Below, in pieces: positions 1-11,659 of a DNA stretch of 64,000 nt. A program made the position numbers and the translations under genes. How positions within the stretch are numbered: position 1 is the stretch's first letter; the number at the start of each line of letters is the position of its first letter. Source of the DNA: Octopus sinensis (lineage: Eukaryota); NCBI RefSeq assembly GCF_006345805.1, contig NW_021832404.1, positions 1 through 64,000 on the forward strand, read 5' to 3'. Under the pieces are notes generated by a model. It searched no databases and was not told the origin of the DNA. It saw only the letters and a program-made list of their open reading frames with translations.

Positions 1-106
1 AAGAAGTAATCGAGTTCTACAGTTGTTTCAAAGGGGCACTGGGTAGATGTTACGTAACATTATGAATATTTTACTTTTCCCCTTTTTTTTTCCTCTTCCT
101 TATCCT
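1..106 (+). repeat. Copy 1 of a near-identical direct repeat (copy 2 at 1015-1118); extends beyond the window start
   Basis: aagaagtaatcgagttctacagttgtttcaaaggggcactgg...tcctcttccttatcct occurs at 1 and at 1015, differing by 1 substitution and poly-T length. Confidence 0.9.
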
Positions 107-224
107 GCTCTCTGAACACTGTAAAAGGCTGTAAGACGTGACATGGACATCTGCAACAGAGACTGCGATGCTGTGACCAACAGAAATGGAAACAACCGGC
201 GTTCTGATTGCATCTGCACGCTGG

Positions 225-762
225 AATTCATCCCCTCATCCTTGGACAGGGCACTAGGCTAAATTCAGACGACTATGTGAAGCTGCTGGAGAATGTGATC
301 AAGAGCTGCTGCCTGAAGGCTGTACATATGGCAGCAGGATTCGGTCCCTTACCATGCCTTCAGAAAGAATCAGAAGCAGTTGTCGGAGAATTTCTACGAC
401 TTCATCAGTTCCAATTCTTGGTTTCCCGATTCCCTCGATTTTATTCCATGGATTACTATGTGACGGTCGCGATTGGAAAATACACCAACTGCTCTGCCTG
501 CAACAGCAATGCCGAGCTGGTGCCTAAGTTCTATTCTAGGAAATATTCTGAGGGACACAATGAGGAACGCATGCGCCAGGTTCCGGAGGTGTCTTGACGC
601 CGTGACGGAAACTGATGGTGACTACCTTAAATAAACTGTCATCTCCCAGCCATACTTTAGTTGATATTTTTTGATTTAAAAAAAATAATTTTATTTTTCG
701 ATGGAATATTGTGTTTTCTTTTCCTTTTATGTAAAGTGCCAAATTTTTCCCGAATAACCCTG
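225..762 (+). mobile_element. Degenerate Tc1/mariner DD37D (maT-type) transposon, C-terminal transposase part plus probable right end
   Basis: Frameshifted translation RLNSDDYVKLLE...YIWQQDSVPYH...WFPDSLDF(I)PMDYYV has 37 residues between the 2nd and 3rd Asp once the frameshift is corrected. C-terminus ACARFRRCLDAVTETDGDYLK* (stop 632-634). End ...cccgaataaccctg resembles a reverse CAGGG TIR. Confidence 0.8.
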
Positions 763-1014
763 CATACAAGATTGTAATGTAGCAGGGATCGTAGTGCAAG
801 TAGTTGATTATTCTCTGGCATAAATAAGGCTTGTATATAAAATGCAAAAGCCTCGATAATTGATTAATAAAGTTAATCAAATACACTTACACTTCGTGCC
901 ATATTGAGATGAGTCATAAAATTCCGGGATTATGACATATGATATGCCAAACAACTCCAATTCGAAAGCAACAAATGTTGCTTATTATGCGATAATCAAT
1001 TCTGTAGGTAATGG

Positions 1015-1118
1015 AAGAAGTAATCGAGTTCTACAGTTGTTTCAAAGGGGCACTGGATAGATGTTACGTAACATTATGAATATTTTACTTTTCCCCTTTT
1101 TTTCCTCTTCCTTATCCT
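1015..1118 (+). repeat. Copy 2 of the direct repeat at 1-106
   Basis: Direct sequence match, offset 1014. Confidence 0.9.
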
Positions 1119-1980
1119 TATCCTTTACCCCATGAGATTTTATTACTCACATTGTCTTTCCTAAGTAACAAACATCCCAATTTTTTGTGCGTCGACTCCC
1201 CCCCCCCATTGATATCAGATAGATGTTAATCAGATTAGAATGTCCTGTAGTCCTCCCTAAATTTAGGTATGCAGATAACGAAATGAAACCACACCCCAAT
1301 CTATCTCGCTAAGGTAATTTTGAGTAGGGCAGTCCTTTGGCTGTATACCAATTTCACTTTCCACTTCCCGTTTTTGTCTCTTTAAATGTACATCTCTCTC
1401 TTCGATGGGATTATTTTTTTGGTATTTATTACGACATAATTTTAAAAAGAATGGCTGCATTTGTCTGATGGAAAAGGAAAGCAGATGAATATGAAATACT
1501 CATTGTTACGTAATATACACTTAATGTCTCTTTAAAAAAAGCTGTAGTACTTGATTACCTCCATTCCTTTTATTTTTATACATACACGTGTGTGTGCTAT
1601 AATACATATATATGTATATGCTTATTTATTTTTACACACACACACATACACACACACACACACACAACACACATACACACTCACACACGTACACACGTTT
1701 ATTTGTATACACACATATTCACATTCGCACATATACCGGAATACGAGTGGTGTTTGAGGACTCTTAATCATAACTATATTAATCTCCTCAAACCAAATAA
1801 AAGGTTTTATTTCTTTCAGATCGCATATGTCAGATATTATGTTAACGCAACAAATGAAAATTCAAGTACCATTCATTATTACTACATGTGCGGAACACAG
1901 CGATTTAGAAATTGCCAACTTTCTAAGGGCTGCAAGATATTTTGTTCGGATGGAAGCTTCTGGCGGGAAAGATTCAACTG

Positions 1981-1983
<3 letters not shown>

Positions 1984-2036
<53 letters not shown>

Positions 2037-2073
2037 CTTCGGAAAGATGAGAGAGAAGAGAGAGAGAGAAGAG

Positions 2074-2108
<35 letters not shown>
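1984..2108. repeat. (GA)n microsatellite
   Basis: Visible dinucleotide run. Confidence 0.95.
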
Positions 2109-2111
<3 letters not shown>

Positions 2112-2365
2112 TTCTTAAAGTTTGAACACTATAAGGACACCGAAATTCATCCAGTGGGTTCAAAACGTCCGTTGTGTTCTTAAGAACGCTGTCGACTGCG
2201 GTAATCGTCCTGAGCAATCATCTCATATAGACGTTTGGCACTAAGAACGCACAGATTATATCGGTTGACGAAATTGTGTCATCACTGACTGTTTTAGTGT
2301 TAAATTATATCGATTTGAGGGATTTTTAATCTGGCATTCGGTGCGTGTTGCTGCTTATGTGTAAT

Positions 2366-2609
2366 TCAATGAGAGCCGTAGCCAAAGAGCTTTAGGTGTC
2401 GGAGCAAACTATCAGAACTGTGGCGTATGAGGACATTTGATACAAGTCATAGGTACTGTGTAGAAGCCAATTCATAACTGCAAAGACAAGAAAATCATAT
2501 ACTCCGTGCCTCAAATCCTCACGAACATGGGGTGATTTGGTTCTTCTCTCATGAGGAAAACTTCGACCAAGACCAAACGTTCAACAGGAGAGGTGACAGC
2601 TGGTTATGT
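2366..2609 (+). mobile_element. Degenerate maT/Tc1-mariner transposase, N-terminal HTH plus first catalytic-Asp region (pseudogene)
   Basis: Translation SMRAVAKEL*VSEQTIRTVAYEDI*YKS*VLCRSQF... then GVIWFFSHEENFDQDQTFNRRGDSWLC, resembling the WFFSDEKxF...N.RN.RW motif; several stops. Confidence 0.8.
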
Positions 2610-2610
2610 G

Positions 2611-2647
2611 TAGCATGGCCGCAGTCAAATGACTGAAACAAAATAAA
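2611..2647 (+). mobile_element. SINE 3' tail fragment
   Basis: agcatggccgcagtcaaatgactgaaaca matches the tails at ~5850-5885 and ~7803-7835. Confidence 0.7.
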
Positions 2648-2652
2648 TCAGA

Positions 2653-2654
<2 letters not shown>

Positions 2655-2707
<53 letters not shown>

Positions 2708-2950
2708 ACACATATATATAATTATTTAAAGGTTATTTTTTAATATGCTGCCCATTGATAGAATTTTTTTCGAAAAATGTTTATCCTATATTAGATGTTA
2801 TTTATATATATAATATGTATGTACGTATGTATATATGTACGTATGTATATATGTACGTATGTATGTACGTATGTATGTATGAATGTATGTATGTATGGTA
2901 TGTATGTATGTATGTATGTATGTATGTATGTATGTATGTATGTATGTATA
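2655..2950. repeat. (TA)n and (TATG)n microsatellites
   Basis: Visible runs. Confidence 0.9.
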
Positions 2951-3121
2951 ACTGAAAGGCGGATCTATAGACCTCTCTAAAGTGACTAAGGGTACTAGTA
3001 AGTACCAGAATTGCTAGAAATAACAGTCAACTCTTAGCCACGATAAAGTACGTATCTTTTGACTGGCTCTTACCTGGTGGCCTAGGGTTAAGCTGTCTCG
3101 TCTTGTCAGATGATAACAGTT

Positions 3122-3140
3122 ACATATATATATAAATACA

Positions 3141-3180
<40 letters not shown>

Positions 3181-3219
3181 ACACACACACACATATATAT
3201 ATATATATGTATACACACA

Positions 3220-3260
<41 letters not shown>

Positions 3261-3332
3261 ACACACACACACACTCACACACACACACACACACACACGC
3301 ATACACACATACACACACACACACACACGCAC
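3122..3332. repeat. (CA)n/(TA)n compound microsatellite
   Basis: Visible runs. Confidence 0.95.
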
Positions 3333-3639
3333 AGATGAAGTTTATGGTTTTTTCCGAACCAGAGTTTATTTATCTCTTCCAGAGTCCTCCGGTTCACTTA
3401 GCTTGTTTTTCTCTGAACGGAAACGTCTGTGTGTGTGTGTGTGTCTCTCTCTCACACATACGGACACCAACATACGCACATACACATAGTTATTACCCCG
3501 CGCCTCGCCCTCATCCTCGCCCTCGCTACACAAAATTTCTTTGCCTTTGGCTCTCATGATTTCCACCGCTTCTACGTTTTCCCGCCGTTCAACTCCACCC
3601 ACACATTGTTGTCAGTTTCACTATGCAACAAACATCAAC

Positions 3640-4565
3640 AGCACTACTACCCACCACCCCCATCATCATCAAGACACATCATTATCATTATCATACCACC
3701 ACCACCAAAACCACCACCAACACACCACCACCAACCTCACCCCACACCACACCACCACCACCACCACCACCACTACAACCACCCACCACACCACCCCACT
3801 ACCACCACCACATACCCCACTCCCACCCCTCCACCCACCACCACCACCACCCTCACCTCCACCTCACACCACCACACCACCACCACCACCGCCCCATCAT
3901 CACCACCCTACATACAACAAACACCGCGCCACCACTATACCACCACCACCACTACCATCACCACTATCACCACTACCCCCACTATCACTACCACCACCAC
4001 TACCACCACTACCACCGCTACCACCGCCACCACCACCACCACTGCCACAACCAGCACCAGTACCAGCACCTGTACAAGCATTACTACCGCCACCCTCCTC
4101 TTCTTCTCTTCCTCCTCTTCTTCTTCTTCTTCTTCTTCTTCTTCTTCTTCCTCCTCCTCCTCCTCCTCCTCACTACCATCACCTCTACAATCATCTCCGA
4201 AGCATCCGCTCTCCTGTCGTCGGCCATAACTTCATCGACAACTAACAAGAGCAACAACATCATTAGGCAACGGCGGTGAGTGGGAAATAACAGCAGAAGC
4301 ATCAACATCGTTTACCAACGTCATCGTCCACTGATATACCAAAAACAACAACAACGACAACAACAACAACAACAGCAACAACAACAACAACAGACAACAC
4401 AGCAAAAGCAATAATGACAATAACAATAACAATAACAAGATGAACAGCAAAATTATTTACAGCAACAGAATTAACAAACTGTCGTCAAAAAGATTGGCAA
4501 TAGTTGCAGTAAAGACAAAATTAGTGACGGCAACAACAACAACAACAGCCACCACCACCACCACC

Positions 4566-4599
<34 letters not shown>

Positions 4600-4857
4600 C
4601 CACCACCACCACCACCACCAACCACAACCACCACCACCACAACAACAACAACAAACAACAACACCACCACCACCACCACAACAACAACAACCAACAACAA
4701 CAACAACCACCACCACCACCACCACCACCACCACAACAACCACCACCACCACACCACCACCACCACAACAACAACAACAACAACAACCACCACCACCACC
4801 ACAACCACCACACCACCACCACCACCACCACCACCACCACCACCCCACCACAACAAC

Positions 4858-4891
<34 letters not shown>

Positions 4892-4920
4892 ACAACAACA
4901 GCAGCAGCAGCAGCAGCAAC
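3640..4920. repeat. Compound trinucleotide low-complexity tract (CAC/CAT/TAC/TCT/TCC/CAA/CAG)
   Basis: Successive trinucleotide runs, open in several frames on both strands. Confidence 0.9.
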
Positions 4921-4995
4921 AAAGCATTGGCGTAATTATCATGAACATCAACATCAACATCTTTATCAGCATCGCTGTCGTCATCATTAAGTGAA

Positions 4996-5329
4996 GGCGC
5001 ATGGCTCAGTGGTTAGAGCGTTGAGCTTACGATCGCGAGGTCGTGAGTTCGAATCCCGGACCGGGCTGCGTATTGTGTTCTCGTGCAAGGCACTTTATTT
5101 CACGTTGCTCCAGTTCACTCAGCTGTAGAAATGAGTTGCGATGTCACTGGTGCCAAGCTGTATTGGATCCGTTGCCTTTCCCTTGGATAACACTGGTGGC
5201 GTGGAGAAGGATGGCCGGTATGCACAGGCGACTGCTGGTCTTCCATAAACAACCTTGCCCGGACTTGTGCCTGGGAGAGTAACTTTCTAGGTGCAATCCC
5301 TTGGTCAGTCATGATCGAAGGGGGGTCTC
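4996..5329 (+). mobile_element. tRNA-derived SINE, near full length
   Basis: Pol III A box TGGCTCAGTGG and B box GAGTTCGAATCC in a tRNA-like head, followed by a non-tRNA body (gcaaggcactttatttcac...ctcagctg). Confidence 0.85.
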
Positions 5330-5336
5330 AGCAGCA

Positions 5337-5550
5337 TTGTCGTCATCATGTTCATCAACATCATCATCGACGTAAGCATCAACATCATCATCGTCGATGT
5401 CATTATCATCGTCGTTGTCATCATCTTCGTCATCATCGTCATCGTCATCATCATCATCATTAACAGCAACGTCTTCCTTCTCATCATCGTCATCATCATC
5501 ATTAACAGCAACGTCTTCCTTCTCATCATCGTCATCATCATCACCATCAC
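5337..5550. repeat. (CAT/CGT)n tract with an internal ~42-bp tandem duplication
   Basis: catcatcattaacagcaacgtcttccttctcatcatcgt present twice. Confidence 0.85.
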
Positions 5551-5652
5551 CTTGGGCAAGTGTCTTCTACTATAGCCTCGGGCCAAACCAAAGCCTTGTG
5601 AGTGGATTTGGTAGACGGAAACTGAAAGAAGTCTGTCGTATATATGTATATG

Positions 5653-5683
<31 letters not shown>

Positions 5684-5900
5684 ATGGGCGTGTGTATATG
5701 TTTGTGTGTCTGTGTTTGTCCCCCCCCAGCATTGCTTGTCAACCGATGTTGGTGTGTTTACGTCCGATAGAATAAGGAGACCGATAGAATAAGTACTAGG
5801 CTTACAAAGAATAAGTCCTGGGGGTCGATGTGCTTGACTAAAGGCGGTGCTCCAGCATGGCCACAGTCAAATGATTGAAACAAGTGAAAGAGTAAAAGAG
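5551..5900 (+). mobile_element. 5'-truncated SINE (CORE-like body, internal microsatellite, 3' tail)
   Basis: ttgggcaagtgtcttctactatagc CORE-like motif (also at ~14650); tail aaggcggtgctccagcatggccacagtcaaatga...aaaagag shared with other copies in the window. Confidence 0.8.
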
Positions 5901-5934
5901 CTGCAACAGAGAACTTAACAACCATATCAACCGC

Positions 5935-5965
<31 letters not shown>

Positions 5966-6572
5966 GCTGCAATAATAGTAACAACAGAAGCTACAAACAA
6001 CAACTATTACAACAGCAATCAGAACCGTAGCAGCGAGAGAATTTCCGAACAACACCAACACCATTCACAGCCGCAGGAGCAACAGACGTCCCAACAACAA
6101 CTTCAATGTTTGGCAACATTCACAGAAGTCATAAAAAAAAAAATCAAAAAAAAAAAAACAACATCAGCAACTACAAAAAACATCTGCTAAATACGTCTTT
6201 TTCACCTTGAAGCAAAATTCCGTTCTAAATGACAATGAAATACGTCAGCTGGGTTCGATCCCCCGCTGGTTGTTTTTGTACAATATGGCTGAAAGGAAAT
6301 ACCACGATGGGAAAAGGTATTTCTGTATCTCAGATACAAAATAGTGAGTTGCAAAATTTCAATTTACTGATATTATCCATGTAATCTGTTGACGAAACTT
6401 CCTCTAAGGGGTATTTAAAAATATATAAACCCACCAAGGGAGATTATTCCAATAAGTTCAATTAATTGAGGTTTTGGGAAATGTAGAAAAAGCTTTTTGG
6501 GTTAGATTTGGCATACAGGGCAGTAAGTGAAACCACGAGATGTGCTCATGCATTATTTGAGTATATACTCAG

Positions 6573-6574
<2 letters not shown>

Positions 6575-6640
<66 letters not shown>
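6575..6640. repeat. (TATC)n microsatellite
   Basis: Visible run. Confidence 0.95.
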
Positions 6641-6875
6641 TATTGACCGAGGTTACCGTGGTCTTTTCCGTAGGCTTTTCTTTCCACGGATGAACCTTAT
6701 CTGCTTCCCCCTTTACACTTTACATCATGACATTTCTGTGATACACGATCCCTTTTGATCGTTTTTTTTCTTACCTTTTCACGATCCCTTTTGATCGAAA
6801 ACCTACCCCTGATGGTATTTTTTCGATTAATAAAGTTTTGTTTGAGCCGAGATATGTGCATCTGAATTTAAAGGT

Positions 6876-6993
<118 letters not shown>

Positions 6994-7209
6994 ATATATA
7001 AAGAATTAAAGGTAGTGCTATGCAACTTCGTAACGAACCATATTATTAATATGATTGGTATTATATACTCTAGGAAGCCTAAATGGTTAAGGTAATATAT
7101 TCAGCGGAATATATCTCTAAATTCTAATCTAAGACCTTTATTGGATTTATATGTTAACTATTGAATAATCTATTTTAAATACCTAACTGACAGCGAACCG
7201 GTACTATTT

Positions 7210-7277
<68 letters not shown>

Positions 7278-7278
<1 letters not shown>

Positions 7279-7468
7279 GGAGCATTCACAAAAAAAACAA
7301 CAACAAAAGACGAAGACAGGTGGTGTAGACAACAAACAGATGTATTAGTATAATGCTCGGGAAGTGAAAAAGTCTTTAACATTTCGAGCCTACGCTCCTC
7401 CACAGAAAGGAACACAGAAAGAAACAAGGAGAGAAAATAAAGAATGTGTAGTGGCTAGCGATATATCA
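7278..7468 (-). mobile_element. Probable Penelope-like pLTR remnant with a degenerate minimal hammerhead motif (7374-7409)
   Basis: Minus strand cttt-CTGTGGA-g-GAGC gtag GCTC-GAAA-tg-tt-aaag gives stem I, a mutated CUGANGA core, stem II and GAAA; the element sits between microsatellites. Confidence 0.55.
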
Positions 7469-7512
7469 TACATACATACATACATACATACATACATACA
7501 TACATACATACA

Positions 7513-7543
<31 letters not shown>

Positions 7544-7649
7544 GCATGCATGTATGTATGTATGTATATATTTATGTATGTATGTATGTATGTATGTATG
7601 TATGTATGTATGTATGTATGTATGTATGTATGTATGTATGTATGTGTGT

Positions 7650-7850
7650 CTTTGTCACTCCATTACTGCTTCACAACCGGTGTTTACGTCTCCATAACTT
7701 AGCAGTTTGGCCAAAGAAAACCAATAGAACAAGTACTTGGCTTAAAAAAGAAAAAAGCTATGGATTCTATTTGTTCGACTAAAACACTTGAAGGCGGTGC
7801 CCCAGCATGGCCGCAGTCATTTGACTGGAACAAGTAAAAGATAAAAGATA
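7650..7850 (+). mobile_element. SINE 3' half (same family as 5551-5900)
   Basis: gtttacgtc...aaggcggtgccccagcatggccgcagtc...aacaagtaaaagataaaaga. Confidence 0.8.
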
Positions 7851-8648
7851 CTATAATTATTTATTCTGTAACTTATAATCACTACCAATAAGTGAACAAA
7901 CATCTTCCTTCGTATGTAAATACAAGCCATTTGCATCTGATGTGTACAAATATATCTCATTTTGTATATAACTACATTTCATTTGCATCTAATGTAGATT
8001 TATATATATATTATTTTGTATAATAAATACATTTCGTCTTCATTTAAAGTATATCAATATATCTTGCTTTGTTTATAGCAATATTTCATTTGCATTTTAA
8101 AGTGTATGTATTAATATAATTTAATTTCATTTTTGGAATTGGTTGTCGAAGTACAAATAAAGTTATAAATATTAGCTTGTAATTTTGGGGTTGGAAACCT
8201 ATTTTGTATAATATATATTCCGATCGTATTTCATATGTATAAATATATTTGTAATCATACTTTTAATTTTAGTAAATTCAAATTGAAATCAAAGTTTTAA
8301 ATTATCAGAAAGTAATGTTTTTATTTGAAAAATTCGCAGACTTAGAATGTATAAAGTTCAAAGAGTTTTTTTTTAAAGGTGTCATAAAAATGTTAGGAAA
8401 TGTTAAAAAAATTTAATATTTTAATATTTTTTTTATTTTCTCATTTTAAAATTAGTCTAGAATCTTGAATGTTACAGGTGTTTAATGCTATAAACGTTTC
8501 ATGAGTTGTAAGCGTTTTTAGCAAAATCAGAGATGAGGTAATGTGAACCGTGCTGAGGTAATTTGAAATGGGGGTTCAGGCTGCTCCCGGGATTAATTTG
8601 GAATCGATTTGGTTGCTATTTCTAACAGATTGAGTGGTCGCTTGAGTT

Positions 8649-8920
8649 CTTTCATTGGCCTATATGGACTTCATTCAAAAAGCTGATAGGAAACAGGCTA
8701 CCTGACTGTGTACAAGCTCTTTCGTTGATTTCTGTTAGTTCTTAATTAGCTGGTACGACACAGATCACATGACTGGATGCAATCATTCATTGGTTTATGT
8801 TAACTCAATAAGATGGTCGGAAAACAAGTCATGCGACTGCATACAATATCTTTCAGTGGTTTATCTTAACTCTTAATCAGACGGTAGGGCACAAGACATG
8901 ACTATGTACGAGCTCTGTCA
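8649..8920 (+). repeat. Diverged ~65-bp minisatellite, ~4 copies
   Basis: Units start at ~8649, 8719, 8784, 8850 and 8915 and share ctttcattggttta..ttaactc..ggta..acaag..catgact. Confidence 0.65.
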
Positions 8921-9137
8921 TATCCCGGACAACATTATCCAGCGTGTCCTTCATTCATTACTGTAGTGTGTGGCTTGAGGGAGTTTGACTCCTATTTCTA
9001 GCAGATCGAGCGACCAGATAAAGGTTCCTCATATGACAGGGTTAATTTCATAATTGGTTATTGTGACCTAAGCCTATGTTTATGGGGGCGAGTTGTGTGT
9101 GTGTGTGTGGGTGCTGAGGATGTGGTCTGAGTGCCAA

Positions 9138-9172
9138 GGGGGCGGCAACCTGAAAGGGTTTGGGAACCACAG
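9138..9172 (+). mobile_element. hAT-type MITE right-end fragment
   Basis: aaagggtttgggaaccacag resembles the ...ttgggaaccactg hAT/Charlie terminus; no partner end seen. Confidence 0.4.
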
Positions 9173-9654
9173 GTGTAGACGATCTAGGATCACATTATTC
9201 TTCGTGCACTTACTAAGACAGTTAAGGTGTGAGTTAAGAGAATTTGTTATTTATAACAGGTCGAGCGACTTCATAGAGGCACCCCCGCCGCCTTTCTTAG
9301 CACATACCCCCCCCCCCCGCCTACACCGCTTGTTAAGATGTTTTGAGTAACGTGGTATGGCTGAGTTTCATCTTTTTTATTTTCTACAATATTTTGAATA
9401 GAATATGTTTGTGAAAACAATTTATTGCATGTTTTTTTTGTCAATAAATTTTGCTAGAAAATTAAAAAAGTAACGCAGAAAAAGAAAAAAAAAACCCTTC
9501 CAAGATAAAAAAAAATCAAATGAGATCAAAATAAAAAACAAAAAATGAAAAGAAAACATAAAAGAAAATGGGTGCGATATTTTCTTTTAGAAAAATCGAT
9601 TGAAAGAAACAAACAGGAAGTTAGACTGACACACGTACTGACACACGGAAGACG

Positions 9655-10225
9655 TAAAGATAGATGGATATGTAGACAGATAGATAGTTAGATAAATAGA
9701 AAGATATAGAGATATGGAGGTAGAGAGACAGATAGGTAAATAGATAAAAAGATAGAGAGATAGGTAGATAGAGAGACCGATGGATAGGTAGGCTGATAGA
9801 TAAATAAATGCATAGAAAGATAGACACACAGACACACACATATACTGATAGATAAATAAGTAGAGAAACCGACAGCTAACCAGATAGGCAGGTAGGTAGG
9901 TAGATACATAGATTGATAGGTAGCTAGACATATTGGTAGATAGAAGATGGATAGATAGTTAGATAAACGAACTGGCTAACATACAGACTGGCGGATATAG
10001 ACAGTCGTACGTACTTTCAAAATATTGTTAACTGGTAACTGTCATCCAACAGAAAACAAATGGCTGTCGGCAGCCGATAGGCTGACAGACAGACAGGCAG
10101 GCAGACAACCAGGCAAGCAGTCTGATAAGCAGACGGAAAAGTAAAAAGACGAACACAACAACCACACGAACAGAAAGACAAATATATAAATGAATAGGCC
10201 GCCGGTCGGATAGATAGATGAAAAT
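9655..10225. repeat. Degenerate (GATA)/(GACA)/(GGCA) tetranucleotide tract
   Basis: Visible periodicity. Confidence 0.8.
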
Positions 10226-10254
10226 AAAGATGAACGAACATAGAGGCAAAAATC

Positions 10255-10450
10255 CTTTTCTTTTACTTGATTCAGTCATGAAATCGTGGCCCTGTTGGGA
10301 AGGCTGCCTTGAGGGGTTTTAGGGGAACAAATCGACTCAGCACTAATTTCTTTCGTCTCTTATTCTATCTTTCTGTTTTGCCGAACCGCTGAGTTATGGG
10401 AACGTAAACAAACCAGCACCAGTTGTTAATCGAGAGTGAGGGGGCAAACA
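10255..10450 (-). mobile_element. SINE 3' half, reverse orientation
   Basis: cttttacttgattcagtcat...gccttgag...ttgccgaaccgctgagttatgggaacgtaaac is the reverse complement of the family at 5740-5900 and 7650-7850. Confidence 0.75.
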
Positions 10451-10830
10451 CACACATACACGCACACACGCACAGAGACGCACACACACACACATACACA
10501 CACATACATAAACACACAGAGATATGTATGCGGCATGAAGTTCAACAGACAGTATAACACTCGATTAGTTAAGAGAATAAAGATATTGTTACAAAAAGAA
10601 AAGAAAATGCCTTATAAAATACAGCAACTCAGGTTTCATGGCCGAAATATTCACTCATTTCCTTATCTATCAAGCTGGTAAAAACAAGGTGGTTTAGTAA
10701 CTCCTCTCCCCTTTACTGTTTCCTCTCTCTCACTCCTCCTCCTCGATTCTCTCGTCGCTGACACGAGACGATAGGGAATCTATCTTTCTTACTACTACCT
10801 TCGCCAAGACTAAACGGGCTTATACTGTCT

Positions 10831-11289
10831 CTTTCCGAAAAGATACGGAGGATATGCGGCTCATATGACCACAGGACAGTATTCAAGAGTAATGCAACAC
10901 TTCGCAAATATCTCCTTCGAGTAAAACCACCAATAGAAGAGAATATGACCAAAGACTGCGTGTACTCCATGCCATGCAGCTGTGATAGGTTATACAAAGG
11001 CGAAACATGCCGCCCCCTCAAAATAAGGGTAGACGAACATCGCAAAGCTGTGACACGAGGAGATATTGATAAATTGGATATAGCTGATCATGTATGGAAA
11101 AATGGAGACCACCTATTCCTGAGGGATAAAGTTAAAATAATAGACAGAAAACACCACTGGAAAATACGAAAACTAAAAGAAGCAGCACATATGCTAGGAC
11201 ACAACAAACTCCTAAGCAGACCGAATGCAGATATGAGCAGCATATGGGAACGGGTTTTAAGGAAGGATAGGAGAATATTAGATTTATAA
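10831..11289 (+). mobile_element. Penelope-like retroelement fragment encoding the C-terminal GIY-YIG endonuclease
   Basis: Open frame LSEKIRRICGSYDHRTVFKSNATLRKYL...CVYSMPCSCDRLYKGETCRPLKIRVDEH...IADHVW...RKLKEA fits the PLE VYxIPC-C-xxYIGET-R-L-R-EH signature; RT portion missing. Confidence 0.9.
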
Positions 11290-11325
11290 GCCCCAAAATT
11301 CACTCCATAATTGCCCACGGGCAAT

Positions 11326-11412
11326 TAGTGGTTAAGAGCGCCGACTACTAACCTCAAGATTCCGAGTTCGATTCCAAGCAGTGACCTGAACAACAACAAC
11401 AACAACAACAAC
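11326..11412 (+). mobile_element. tRNA-derived SINE head followed by (CAA)n
   Basis: tagtggttaag (A-box part) and gagttcgattcc (B box); no complete cloverleaf. Confidence 0.65.
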
Positions 11413-11659
11413 ATATAGTAATGAGAAACCAGGCTCGAAATTTCCCCAAGACAAGATGAGGACAAATATTCGTCGAATGTAAATAATTTTGATTGTTCAA
11501 AGAAAACTTCAAAAGTGACTTCTCTTGAAAATGGACAAAATTTGATATCGTGGTATTATTTAGTAACTGCAGAAAAAAGAGGCTAGCCTCCAACGACGTT
11601 CATGCTGACATGGCTGCTACGTTAGAATGTGGCGCTCCAGCTCTATCAACATTACAAAA

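Noticed and set aside
208-597. Intact 129-aa protein
   Set aside because: Chimeric reading across frameshifts of a dead maT transposase.
3429-5002. Mucin-, His-, Pro- and Gln-rich ORFs
   Set aside because: Trinucleotide low-complexity DNA open in all frames, with no domain or exon evidence.
4996-5070. tRNA gene (also 17180-17255 and 11326-11385)
   Set aside because: A and B boxes are present, but the acceptor stem is incomplete and the sequence continues into SINE bodies; one copy has a TSD and poly(A).
10560-10830. Possible inverted pLTR or hammerhead upstream of the GIY-YIG fragment
   Set aside because: I could not build a convincing core and stems by eye.
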